Assembly: GCA_021158895.1 (NCBI GenBank)
Contig: JAGGSW010000063.1
Location: 1 to 15,581, forward strand
Length of the DNA stretch: 15,581 bases
DNA from: Candidatus Odinarchaeota archaeon
GTDB taxonomy: Archaea > Asgardarchaeota > Baldrarchaeia > Baldrarchaeales > DXJG01
Reading direction: 5' to 3'
The number at the start of each line of letters is the position of its first letter. Within the stretch, counting starts at the first letter, position 1. Under the pieces are notes generated by a model. The model ran no database searches. It saw only the letters and a program-made list of their open reading frames with translations, and was not told where the DNA came from. This document shows, piece by piece, positions 1 to 7,352 of this stretch. The position numbers were made by a program, and so were the translations under genes.

Positions 1-30
1 GCAGAAGTAGAATTAATAGATTGAGTAGAA

Positions 31-69
31 AAAATATATAAAGTATACCTCGTATAATTAAAAAGGTGA
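31..69 (+). promoter_or_regulatory. Putative archaeal promoter plus RBS for the vapB-vapC pair
   Basis: An AT-rich TATA-like box 'aaaatatataaag' lies at 31-43, about 33 nt upstream of the ATG at 76. GGTGA at 65-69 sits 6 nt before the start. This rests on a pattern match only. Confidence 0.3.
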
Positions 70-75
70 TACGGA

Positions 76-336
76 ATGTCAACTATTAAGGTTAAGAAGG
101 GGACTTTATTGAAGTTAACAAAACTGGTTGGCTATTTAACTGAGAAGACCGGTAGAAGAATGACTTATGATGATGTGTTACAATATTTAATCAGTAGATT
201 TGAAGGTGAAGAACAGATAAAAGATCAGGGAATTGATGAAGCTACTCAAAGATTGTTGTCACGTATTGAAAAGTCGTTTCCAGGCGCTGGGCCAGAGGAC
301 CTTAAGGAATACGAATATGAAGATATCGGTGATTGA
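76..336 (+). CDS. VapB-like antitoxin, the small partner of the downstream PIN protein
   Basis: 86-aa ORF. The N-terminus MSTIKVKKGTLLKLTKL..MTYDDVLQYLISRF resembles archaeal COG1753/RHH-like VapB antitoxins. The C-terminal tail is strongly acidic (KEYEYEDIGD). The 3' end overlaps the PIN gene start at 317 by 20 nt. GGTGA RBS at 65-69. Confidence 0.6.
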   Translation: MSTIKVKKGTLLKLTKLVGYLTEKTGRRMTYDDVLQYLISRFEGEEQIKDQGIDEATQRLLSRIEKSFPGAGPEDLKEYEYEDIGD

Positions 337-817
337 TGTGAACGTTTTTGTTGACACGGAGATATGGAGTTTTGCTCAGAAAACACCTGTAAGAGAAAAA
401 TTTGAAGACGAATTAGAGTATAAGAAGTTCTCAAAAGCACATGTCAAAGCAAAAAAGTTTTTAAAAAGAATTTTAATCGAAGAGATAATTTACATGTCGC
501 TTCACCAAGTAGCGGAAATTTTTCATGTCTTGGGTTTTAGAGGCTATAAACTACCCATGGATTTTGTTGTGGGATACGTAAATGATTTGCTGCTTTCTGA
601 ACGTATTGTAAAAATACCAGTTACAGTTAGCCATGTTAAAGAAGCTTTAAAGCTTAGTAAAGAGAGCGGGATACACGTGTGGGATTTTCTTTGCATAATA
701 CCGATAAAGGAGTATATAGACATAATATACACTGTTGATAAACATTTCTTGCATGAAACCTTCCAAAAGCTGGGGATAAAAATAGAAAATCCACTGAAGA
801 TATGGATTAAAGTTTAA
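317..817 (+). CDS. vapC: PIN-domain ribonuclease toxin (VapC family)
   Basis: The ORF-track start at 233 is replaced by the ATG at 317, giving MKISVIDVNVFVDTEIW, a typical PIN N-terminus with the first acidic residue. Later acidic positions are in HQVAEIF, VWDFLCI and YTVDKHF. The product is 166 aa and the gene overlaps the upstream antitoxin-like ORF. Confidence 0.8.
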   Translation: MKISVIDVNVFVDTEIWSFAQKTPVREKFEDELEYKKFSKAHVKAKKFLKRILIEEIIYMSLHQVAEIFHVLGFRGYKLPMDFVVGYVNDLLLSERIVKIPVTVSHVKEALKLSKESGIHVWDFLCIIPIKEYIDIIYTVDKHFLHETFQKLGIKIENPLKIWIKV

Positions 818-1077
818 AAGATCATGGAAACGCAAAATCACATTTTATACATTTCTGAAACCGCTTTGTTTCCACTGTTTTCTAAGCTGATCTGAATGGT
901 GTTTATTAGGTAGGTGGTCTGTTAAATCTATGTATTCAAGAATTAAAATTGCCTTTAGTTTTTAGAGAACAACTAGAGGATACCTAGTGTTAGGTTACGG
1001 AAATTTGTTGATACTTTCATATATGTATGCAGAGGATATTAATATTTGAAGTAAGTTATTATGTTGAGGGATAAGTT

Positions 1078-2469
1078 TTGGAGTTCCACGAGGTATTAGA
1101 ATATTATTCTAAGCCCCTTGTTCGGAAAGAAATGGTTGAGTACTCAAGAGGTAGATGGATTGCTATACATACGTTAAGGGGAGGATTAACCGGGTTATTT
1201 GTTCGATATTGGAGTAAAACAGGGCCACCACTACACATTTCTAAGGAAGAAGATTTAGAAGAGTTGATGCGAAGATTTCGAGGTTTAAGACCCAGAACCT
1301 TCTACGCGTCTATAAACGTTTATTCTAGGGTTTTAAGAAGGGAAGACGTAGAAAACCCTGAAAACATTTTATACACTACTCCTGTATGGGATATTGACGG
1401 TTCACTAGATTACTGGAGTAAAGTTGTTGACGTAGCAAGAGTAATAGTTGAGGAACTTGAAAAGGAGGGAGTAACAAAATCGATTTATCTTAAATGGTCT
1501 GGAAGAGGAATACATGTTCATTTACATGAGAAAGCGTTCTCAAGCGATGTTTTGTCGAAACATCATCCTCTCGACATAGCCTACTCGATTGTCGACTATA
1601 TTCTCAAAAAATGTACAAATAAAATTATTGAAATCATAAAGGACGTTACAGGCGGAGAGAGACCGCTGAAAGTTGAAAATGAGATCGATCTTAAAAGAGT
1701 GTTTACAGTTCCACTTTCGCTTCATAAATCCTTGGACTATGCCGTTGTGTGCTTTAAACCTAATGAGATAGATGATTTTGATCCTGAATGGGCTAAGCCA
1801 AACGTATTGAAACATAATTCCGATTGGAGAAATTATAGTGAAGGAGAAGCGGATCAACTTGCTTTAAAAGCTGTAAAGGAGATCGGCGGCTACTTCAAAA
1901 GGGTTGGTGAGGTTAGAACCGTTGTGCAAACTGTTAAACCTACAATTACCAGGAAGGCTGGTAGAAAGCCTGTTATGAAGGTGGGTAGATTTCAAGTTAT
2001 GGCTCTTCTTCAAGCAGCGAGATACTATCTTCTGACAGGAGATCTTGAAAAAGCAAAGTCTTTTGGTCTCAATAGAGCTATATTTTATGCTTGGGCTAAA
2101 TATCACGGTAGAGATAGAATATTTAGAAGAAAAATAACAGGTGTAGAGAAACCGGTTGAACATGTTGTTGAAAAGGGTAGGAAACTCATTTATGTTGGTG
2201 ATGAAGGATCTTTTATATCTGAGCGTGGATGGTTTATAATTGGAGACAAAGAACAACTGCCCAGCGACTACGATAAGGAAGTAGCTAGAAAAATAGACTC
2301 CGTGGTGCCTTATGACTTAGCTTGGAAAAAGGCGATAGAGTACTTGAAAAAATACCCTAAAAGTGTGCTGTTAAGTCAACGGAAATTTTACGAAGCATAC
2401 AAAAAAGTTAGAGATATTTTCATAGACAAGATTGTTAAAGGAGAAGGTCTTGACTCAACTCTTTCATAA
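1078..2469 (+). CDS. Archaeo-eukaryotic primase, PriS-like catalytic subunit with a long C-terminal extension
   Basis: TTG start preceded by GAGGG at 1066-1070. AEP motif I is PVWDIDG (nt 1381-1401). Motif II is WSGRGIHVH (about nt 1495-1521). Motif III is EIDLKRVFTVPLSLHKS (about nt 1681-1731), comparable to the Sulfolobus PriS TIDVKRLIRIPNSLHGKS. The N-terminus has the PriS-like YY...R..F....EL...PRTFYASINVY pattern. The whole 463-aa protein has only 2 Cys. Confidence 0.75.
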   Translation: MEFHEVLEYYSKPLVRKEMVEYSRGRWIAIHTLRGGLTGLFVRYWSKTGPPLHISKEEDLEELMRRFRGLRPRTFYASINVYSRVLRREDVENPENILYTTPVWDIDGSLDYWSKVVDVARVIVEELEKEGVTKSIYLKWSGRGIHVHLHEKAFSSDVLSKHHPLDIAYSIVDYILKKCTNKIIEIIKDVTGGERPLKVENEIDLKRVFTVPLSLHKSLDYAVVCFKPNEIDDFDPEWAKPNVLKHNSDWRNYSEGEADQLALKAVKEIGGYFKRVGEVRTVVQTVKPTITRKAGRKPVMKVGRFQVMALLQAARYYLLTGDLEKAKSFGLNRAIFYAWAKYHGRDRIFRRKITGVEKPVEHVVEKGRKLIYVGDEGSFISERGWFIIGDKEQLPSDYDKEVARKIDSVVPYDLAWKKAIEYLKKYPKSVLLSQRKFYEAYKKVRDIFIDKIVKGEGLDSTLS

Positions 2470-2471
2470 CA

Positions 2472-3743
2472 TTATTTTTCTGTTTTGGGCATTGGCGGCA
2501 ATAAAGGTACTTTTGTAGGTATTATTTTTTTAGTTTCCTTTAGCGTTAGAAACATCAAGGCAGTTATTGTTCTTAAAATTACGCTTATTGATAGTACCGT
2601 GTTTAAAGCTTGTATTTCGCTTTGAAATGTTTGGAAAAACGTGCCGAGATATCCACTAAATATCGAGCCTGCGAAGGTAGCTAAACCATACAATGTATTA
2701 TAGGTTGCAAAATAGGTTCCACGTTCATGATCTTGTGAAATATCTAATATGTAAGCTGAGATAGCAACTATAGACAATCCATTGGATATACCGCCTATTA
2801 TGTTTGCAAGATAAACGTAATACATATTTTGAGACAAAATGAATAGAAAGGGATACAGTGGAAGCATTATACGCGATAATACTATTATTGGCTTTCTTCC
2901 AAATTTATCTACGAACTTCCCAAGGTAAAATTGGCTTAAAGAAGCTGTAGCTCCAAAAATTATTGAGGCGACAGCTATCTCAAATTTCGTGGCTTCCAGT
3001 TTCCTCACCATAACAACCGAGAAATAAGGCCACGACATGCTCATAGCCGTTTCAAAAAAGACCTCTAAAGAGCAAAATCTCCGAAAATACTTATTTCTAA
3101 GAGTTTCCCTTAAGGCTACTTTTAAGCCTCGATAAACCGATGTATTTCCATTCTCAACGGGTTCCTTAAACTTTAAAATAAGTAGTGACCCCAATATGCC
3201 GAAAACAGCAGCTGCCGTAAAAACAAATGTATATTGGGATTCCAAAGTTTGTCCCAAAACCCATGTCATGATTATTCCAGCTATAGCTGTTGCAAAAACT
3301 CTTCCAGCAAAAGCTATCGCATTTACTTTGCCTAAAACTTTTCCTCTAACTTTTTCAGGTATTATTTTACCTAGTAGAGCATTCCACGTAGGTGTCGAGG
3401 CGGAAAGTACGATAAAGTGAGCAGCTAGAAATAGTGCAAACAACATAGGATCTTTCGCTAGAAGAAACAGAAATATTAAAGCACTTCCTGCAAAATATCC
3501 TAAAAATATGAAGGGTTTTCGTTTACCCTTTTTATCTGAAAGTGCTCCCCATATTGGCTGTAATATTGTTGGAGCAGCATTACTGACAGAAGTTATTATA
3601 CCCATTTCACTGTAGGTTGCACCTATTTCAACTGCATATATATTAAGATAAGGCTGATATAAGCCTCCACTAAAAGCTGTTAAACCTGCAGTAGCATATA
3701 TTATTGGTGGAACATCACTGTTTTTGCTGTTCCCTGTGTTCAT
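2472..3743 (-). CDS. MFS-type transporter, substrate unknown
   Basis: Highly hydrophobic product of about 423 aa with roughly 12 predicted TM stretches. An MFS-like loop motif GALSDKKGKRKP follows TM2, with a second DKFGRKP in the C-terminal half. The start is moved to the ATG at 3743, which is preceded by GGAGGA about 9 nt upstream. The 12 extra codons in the ORF track (MVCCLCCGGLRT) are probably not translated. Confidence 0.85.
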   Translation of the reverse strand: MNTGNSKNSDVPPIIYATAGLTAFSGGLYQPYLNIYAVEIGATYSEMGIITSVSNAAPTILQPIWGALSDKKGKRKPFIFLGYFAGSALIFLFLLAKDPMLFALFLAAHFIVLSASTPTWNALLGKIIPEKVRGKVLGKVNAIAFAGRVFATAIAGIIMTWVLGQTLESQYTFVFTAAAVFGILGSLLILKFKEPVENGNTSVYRGLKVALRETLRNKYFRRFCSLEVFFETAMSMSWPYFSVVMVRKLEATKFEIAVASIIFGATASLSQFYLGKFVDKFGRKPIIVLSRIMLPLYPFLFILSQNMYYVYLANIIGGISNGLSIVAISAYILDISQDHERGTYFATYNTLYGLATFAGSIFSGYLGTFFQTFQSEIQALNTVLSISVILRTITALMFLTLKETKKIIPTKVPLLPPMPKTEK

Positions 3744-4041
3744 TGTTCTTAATCCTCCGCAACACAAGCAACAAACCATTAAGATTTAAACTTATCGGCA
3801 ACAGCTGGGATAATTCATCAACTAACGCTTTTTAAATGGAAACTTGCTAGGTAAAATTTACATGTTAAGAGTTTACAAACTTACTGATACGTCTTGCATT
3901 TTAATATATGTTAACCAAATGAAAATAAACAATGTTAAATAATGTGTAAAAAGAATTTTGTATGTAAAAATTATTGAGTTCATAGCTTAGTTACCCTTGT
4001 AAATCTTAAATGTAAAATAGAAAAATGGAGAGTGATTTTAG

Positions 4042-5037
4042 GTGAGTTTATTAACATTTCAAGCCCCAGTCGAAGAGGAGGAAATAAAGGAGAGATATGA
4101 CTTAGTCATAGTTGGTGCTGGCCCTGCAGGATGTTCTGCAGCCATTTATGCTAGAAGATTCCAATTGGAAACCTTGATCGTCGCAAAGGAGCTGGGGGGA
4201 CTTATTGTTGACGCTGAAATTGTAGACAATTATCCAGGCTTACCAGAAATACCTGGAAGCGAATTAGGAAACAAGTTTCTAGAACACGCTAAAAAATACA
4301 TGACAAATATTATTATGGAAGAAGTTGAAAGCATAGAAAAGAAAGAGTCAGGATTTCTTGTTAGAACTATGGATGAAAAAACAATCGAAGCTAAAGCAAT
4401 CATATTAGCTACTGGTGAAAAACATAGGAAGCTAAATGTTCCAGGTGAAGAGGAATTTTTGGGAAGAGGAGTTAGCTACTGTGGTCTGTGCGATGCGCCC
4501 TTGTTCAAAGACCGTGTGGTTGCTGTTGTTGGCGGAGGTAATGTAGCCTTTTCAGACGCTCAACTCTTGGCTAAACATGCAAAAAAGGTTATTTTAATTC
4601 ATAGGAGAAACTGGTTTAGAGCAGACCCAATAGAAGTTAAAAGAGTGAAGGAAAACAGCAAAATAGAAATTTTAACACCGTACATAGTTAGAGAAATTAA
4701 AGGAGACATGAAAGTCGAGAAGCTACTTTTAGAAAAAACAAAAGAGGTGGGTGGAGAAGTTATTCCTACCGGAGAACTGAAAGAGATCGAAGTTGACGGT
4801 ATCTTTGTGGATATAGGTTTAGTTCCAAACTCTGAATTAGCTAAAAAATCTGGCGTTGCAGTTGATGAAAGAGGCTACATTATTGTGGACGATTTCATGA
4901 GAACAAGTGTTGAAGGAATATTTGCAGCAGGAGACGTAACGGATAAAGGGTCAAAGTTCAGGCAAGTTGTCTTAGCTGCTGCACAAGGAGCTATAGCAGC
5001 CATATCAGTATACAACTACTTAAAATCCAAAGAATAA
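4042..5037 (+). CDS. trxB: Thioredoxin-disulfide reductase (low-Mr TrxR family)
   Basis: FAD-binding motif VIVGAGPAGCSAA. Redox CxxC in SYCGLCDAPLF, a variant of the canonical CATCDG. NAD(P)H-binding motif VVGGGNVAFSDA followed by HRRNWFRA (HRRxxxR). C-terminal GIFAAGDV. GTG start. Confidence 0.85.
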   Translation: MSLLTFQAPVEEEEIKERYDLVIVGAGPAGCSAAIYARRFQLETLIVAKELGGLIVDAEIVDNYPGLPEIPGSELGNKFLEHAKKYMTNIIMEEVESIEKKESGFLVRTMDEKTIEAKAIILATGEKHRKLNVPGEEEFLGRGVSYCGLCDAPLFKDRVVAVVGGGNVAFSDAQLLAKHAKKVILIHRRNWFRADPIEVKRVKENSKIEILTPYIVREIKGDMKVEKLLLEKTKEVGGEVIPTGELKEIEVDGIFVDIGLVPNSELAKKSGVAVDERGYIIVDDFMRTSVEGIFAAGDVTDKGSKFRQVVLAAAQGAIAAISVYNYLKSKE

Positions 5038-5099
5038 CAAAATTTTATACTAAGACTGCTAAGATTTCAATAAAAAGACTAAAAGTAACTATAACCTTC

Positions 5100-5447
5100 T
5101 TATTTTTCTGTGCTCTCCTTTAACAGAACGTTTATTGGAATAATTTCCTTATACTTAGTTAAGTATTGGTTTTTCTTTCTTTTATTAACTAAGTGGAATT
5201 CAAATGGATGATACTCGGGTAATTTTGCCTTGTTTTCTATTTCTAAAATTATTTTCGTCTTAGCAATATTTTTCTCCGGTATTTTTTCGGAGAAAATTAA
5301 AAGATCTATGTCACTAGAAGCCGTTATCCTTCTCTTTACTGCGCTTCCAAACACATATATTTCAGCATCCGGCAATACGTCGCTAATTGCTTTTGCAACT
5401 TTTTTTACCGCGTTTTTCCAGTTTCGAACAATATCAGCCCGTTTCAT
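5100..5447 (-). CDS. Minimal nucleotidyltransferase (MNT), partner of the HEPN protein
   Basis: Pol-beta superfamily signature VFGSAVKRRITASSDIDLLIF (hG[GS]x9-13DhD). The start is taken at the ATG at 5447 (MKRADIV...), giving a 14-nt overlap with the upstream HEPN gene. Confidence 0.8.
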   Translation of the reverse strand: MKRADIVRNWKNAVKKVAKAISDVLPDAEIYVFGSAVKRRITASSDIDLLIFSEKIPEKNIAKTKIILEIENKAKLPEYHPFEFHLVNKRKKNQYLTKYKEIIPINVLLKESTEK

Positions 5448-5844
5448 TAATATTTTCAAATAGCTTTTGGACAACGTTAAACACCTTCTCTGCAACCTTT
5501 ATAGCTTCCTCAGCATCGTCCTTGTCAAACCGGTCAAACAAGTATCTGGAAGCAATATATGCATGTTCCAATAATCTTAACGTCAATCTATTTTTCTTAG
5601 AGAATTCTAGTAACTCTTTGTCTTTGGTGGAATCAAATAATATCGATATCAAGGTTCTTATCGAATGTGATCGAGGTATCTCTCCCGTGTGATGCAATAA
5701 AGCCGCCTTAAGGTAAAGTTGGACTGCTTGTTCGGCCAAAAAACATGCTAGATCGTAATCCCCTTTTAGAAGCCGATCTTTAGCAGCATCTAAAAAATTT
5801 TTTGCCCTTTGAACTAGAAGTTCAACCTCGTCCATACTACTCAA
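5434..5844 (-). CDS. HEPN domain protein, the toxin-like partner of MNT
   Basis: 136-aa all-helical protein with the pattern A..FL..A...L..GDYDLACFLAEQAVQLYLKAALL...G..PRSHSI..L, typical of archaeal HEPN (PF05168-type) proteins. It lies immediately upstream of, and overlaps, the MNT gene. Confidence 0.8.
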   Translation of the reverse strand: MSSMDEVELLVQRAKNFLDAAKDRLLKGDYDLACFLAEQAVQLYLKAALLHHTGEIPRSHSIRTLISILFDSTKDKELLEFSKKNRLTLRLLEHAYIASRYLFDRFDKDDAEEAIKVAEKVFNVVQKLFENINETG

Positions 5845-6039
5845 GAACTACCACCATAATCATTTTCCATTAAAAACCTAAGTAATAAATATTCGCCATA
5901 CTATTTAAGCTAAATGTAAATTTATCAAATATTGTCTAACTCTATTATCAAGGGTTCTTGAGCAAGATAAATGAATTCATGATTTTTAAACCAAATACTT
6001 AAAATGGCGTCATTTTATATCATTCATCTGGTGAGTTTT

Positions 6040-6318
6040 ATGGCCTTGGTATTAGATGACTCTGATAATGTTGCCGTTGCTTTAAGAGATTTAAAGCCAG
6101 GAGATGTTGTTAACGTGTTCTTGAGAGATGTGATTAAGGTTGTTAAAATTAGAGATAAAATTCCGAAAGGACATAAATTCGCGATTAAAAACATCAAAAA
6201 GGGCGAAAAGATATTAAAATATGGGGAAATTATTGGTATTGCTTCAAAAGACATTTTAGAGGGAGAACATGTACATGTTCATAACGTCATAAGCTATTAT
6301 AAAGTTTCTACAGGATAG
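6040..6318 (+). CDS. UxaA-family (altronate/galactarate-type) dehydratase small subunit, SAF domain
   Basis: The sequence MALVLDDSDNVAVALRDLKPGD...IPKGHKFAIKNIKKGEKILKYGEIIGIASKDILEGEHVHVHNV closely matches the N-terminal SAF domain of UxaA-family dehydratases. The start is moved to the ATG at 6040, which is preceded by GGTGA. Stop codon is TAG. Confidence 0.8.
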   Translation: MALVLDDSDNVAVALRDLKPGDVVNVFLRDVIKVVKIRDKIPKGHKFAIKNIKKGEKILKYGEIIGIASKDILEGEHVHVHNVISYYKVSTG

Positions 6319-6500
6319 AAAAATAAAACTTTCTGAAATAGGAATTTATTCATGTTTCATGCATTTTATAAACTGCTACAAAACTTGCATTAAATTTTGA
6401 ACACGAAAACAGCCAAAAACAAAAACCGATAGTTATTAGACACAGTTAAGATTCAGAATTAAACTTATGTTGATGCGCTGCTACTATTTCTTTGCAACAA

Positions 6501-6527
6501 TGATATCTTTATATACTTGATATCTTT
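6501..6527 (+). promoter_or_regulatory. Putative promoter and operator: two TGATATCTTT direct repeats bracketing a TTTATATA box
   Basis: An exact 10-nt repeat occurs at 6501-6510 and 6518-6527. TTTATATA lies at 6508-6515, about 38-45 nt upstream of the ATG at 6553. GGTGA is at 6542-6546. The downstream gene encodes an RHH-type DNA-binding domain. Confidence 0.35.
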
Positions 6528-6552
6528 GTTGATTTGTTAGCGGTGATCAAAA

Positions 6553-6957
6553 ATGGGTGTGTACATTCGCGGCGTTGACGAAAAAGTATATAGAGAATTT
6601 AAAGCAGAATCCATTAGACGAGGATTGAAAATAGGGGAGGCAGTAACTGAAGCATTAAAAATATGGCTTAATAAGCATAGAAAAGAGGAAAATAACATAG
6701 ATATAGCTCGAAAGATCAACAATGCTACATATAGGATGATTAAAGGAAAACTACTAAGAGATCATCTTGGAAAATGGATAGCTATTGCAGATGGACGACT
6801 AATGGCAGTATCAGACAGCTTAGAACAACTTTGCAAGGAAAACAAGGAAATCTTCGAAAAGTACGATCATGTCTTAGTGGATCAAGTTACGCCTGAGGAA
6901 AGGAGGATAGTAAGGTGGAGAGGAAGATCTTTGAAGATCTACAGAGAAAAACATTGA
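6553..6957 (+). CDS. RHH (ribbon-helix-helix)-like N-terminal domain fused to a DUF5678-like C-terminal domain
   Basis: The N-terminus MGVYIRGVDEKVYREFKAESIRRGLKIGEAVTEALKIWL has a beta-alpha-alpha CopG/Arc-like pattern. The C-terminal half LRDHLGKWIAIADGRLMAVSDSLEQLCKE...HVLVDQV matches my recollection of the DUF5678 'GKWVAI.DGKVV' signature. The gene overlaps the downstream protease gene. Confidence 0.7.
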   Translation: MGVYIRGVDEKVYREFKAESIRRGLKIGEAVTEALKIWLNKHRKEENNIDIARKINNATYRMIKGKLLRDHLGKWIAIADGRLMAVSDSLEQLCKENKEIFEKYDHVLVDQVTPEERRIVRWRGRSLKIYREKH

Positions 6958-7352
6958 AATGTTTTGAATATTTCAACAAAGCACCCATTATTGAATGCTT
7001 TTTAATAAATCCTCTAGGAGAAAAACAACCTGTAGATGAACCTCTCATAGTTGAGATAGATACGGGATATGACGGGCATGTACTTATTTCTGAGCATTTA
7101 TATCATAAGTTAAAACTTTTTAAGTTTGAACTACCTGAAGAAAAACAACCAATAATAGAAACAGCAAGTCATGAATACATAAGAGCAAGAGCGGCCTATG
7201 GTTTCCTTGAAATACCTAATTTAAATCTTAAAATTAGAACTCAAATCGAAACATTCGAAGATTGCCAAGAAATATTAATGGGGAGAGAAATTCTCAGCAA
7301 TTTAATAATTCTTCTTCATGGAACCCTAAAAAGACTATGTATCTTTAAGTAA
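6915..7352 (+). CDS. Retropepsin-like clan AA aspartic protease, single-DTG half-pepsin (AF_0612/TIGR03698-like)
   Basis: The catalytic signature is LIVEIDTGYDGHVLIS (Asp-Thr-Gly), with a C-terminal ILMGREILSNL dimer-interface-like motif. The size of about 130-145 aa is typical of retropepsin-type monomers. The GTG start at 6915 is preceded by AGGAGG at 6901-6906. An alternative TTG start at 6954 forms a TTGA start/stop overlap with the upstream gene. Confidence 0.75.
   Translation: MERKIFEDLQRKTLKCFEYFNKAPIIECFLINPLGEKQPVDEPLIVEIDTGYDGHVLISEHLYHKLKLFKFELPEEKQPIIETASHEYIRARAAYGFLEIPNLNLKIRTQIETFEDCQEILMGREILSNLIILLHGTLKRLCIFK

Noticed and set aside
233-316. The N-terminal 28 codons of the 194-aa ORF-track entry (MMKLLKDCCHVLKSRF...) could be part of the PIN protein.
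   Set aside because: This stretch lies entirely inside the vapB-like ORF in another frame. The PIN domain begins cleanly at the ATG at 317 (MKISVIDVNVF).
825-874. A possible hairpin (TGGAAAC at 825-831 pairing with GTTTCCA at 868-874) is followed by a T-rich stretch downstream of vapC. It could be a terminator or small RNA.
   Set aside because: The stem is 7 bp with a 36-nt loop, which is weak. Archaeal termination mainly uses oligo-T tracts. I found no C/D-box (RUGAUGA...CUGA) or tRNA-like features here or in the other long intergenic regions (5845-6039, 9249-9452, 11491-11794).
1540-2256. Antisense ORFs of 105 aa and 130 aa lie opposite the primase gene. Similar shadow ORFs occur at 246-440, 544-841, 3196-3420, 5230-5692, 6024-6254, 6537-6722, 7437-7658, 7949-8173, 8235-8573, 9613-9975, 10457-11214, 12733-12957, 13403-13612, 14234-14560 and 15247-15444.
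   Set aside because: All are embedded antisense or out of frame within ORFs that have clear family signatures. Their translations are low-complexity and rich in Ile, Phe, Leu and Ser, as expected for the reverse strand of AT-rich genes. They have no RBS or promoter support.
3862-4017. A cluster of ATGTTAA and ATGT(GT)AAAA motifs lies in the divergent MFS/trxB intergenic region, at 3862, 3908, 3932, 3942, 3962 and 4010.
   Set aside because: These are low-complexity AT-rich heptamers with irregular spacing (46, 24, 10, 20 and 48 nt). That is compatible with chance in AT-rich promoter DNA, and there is no adjacent regulator gene to link them to.
6915-6957. The retropepsin-like ORF lies in the -1 frame relative to the upstream ORF with a 43-nt overlap. 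This resembles retroviral gag-pro -1 programmed frameshifting. An A5 run sits at 6947-6951.
   Set aside because: There is no canonical X XXY YYZ slippery heptamer, since only GAAAAAC is present. I could not identify a downstream stimulatory structure. A strong AGGAGG (6901-6906) plus GTG (6915), or a TTGA coupling site (6954-6957), explains independent initiation more simply.
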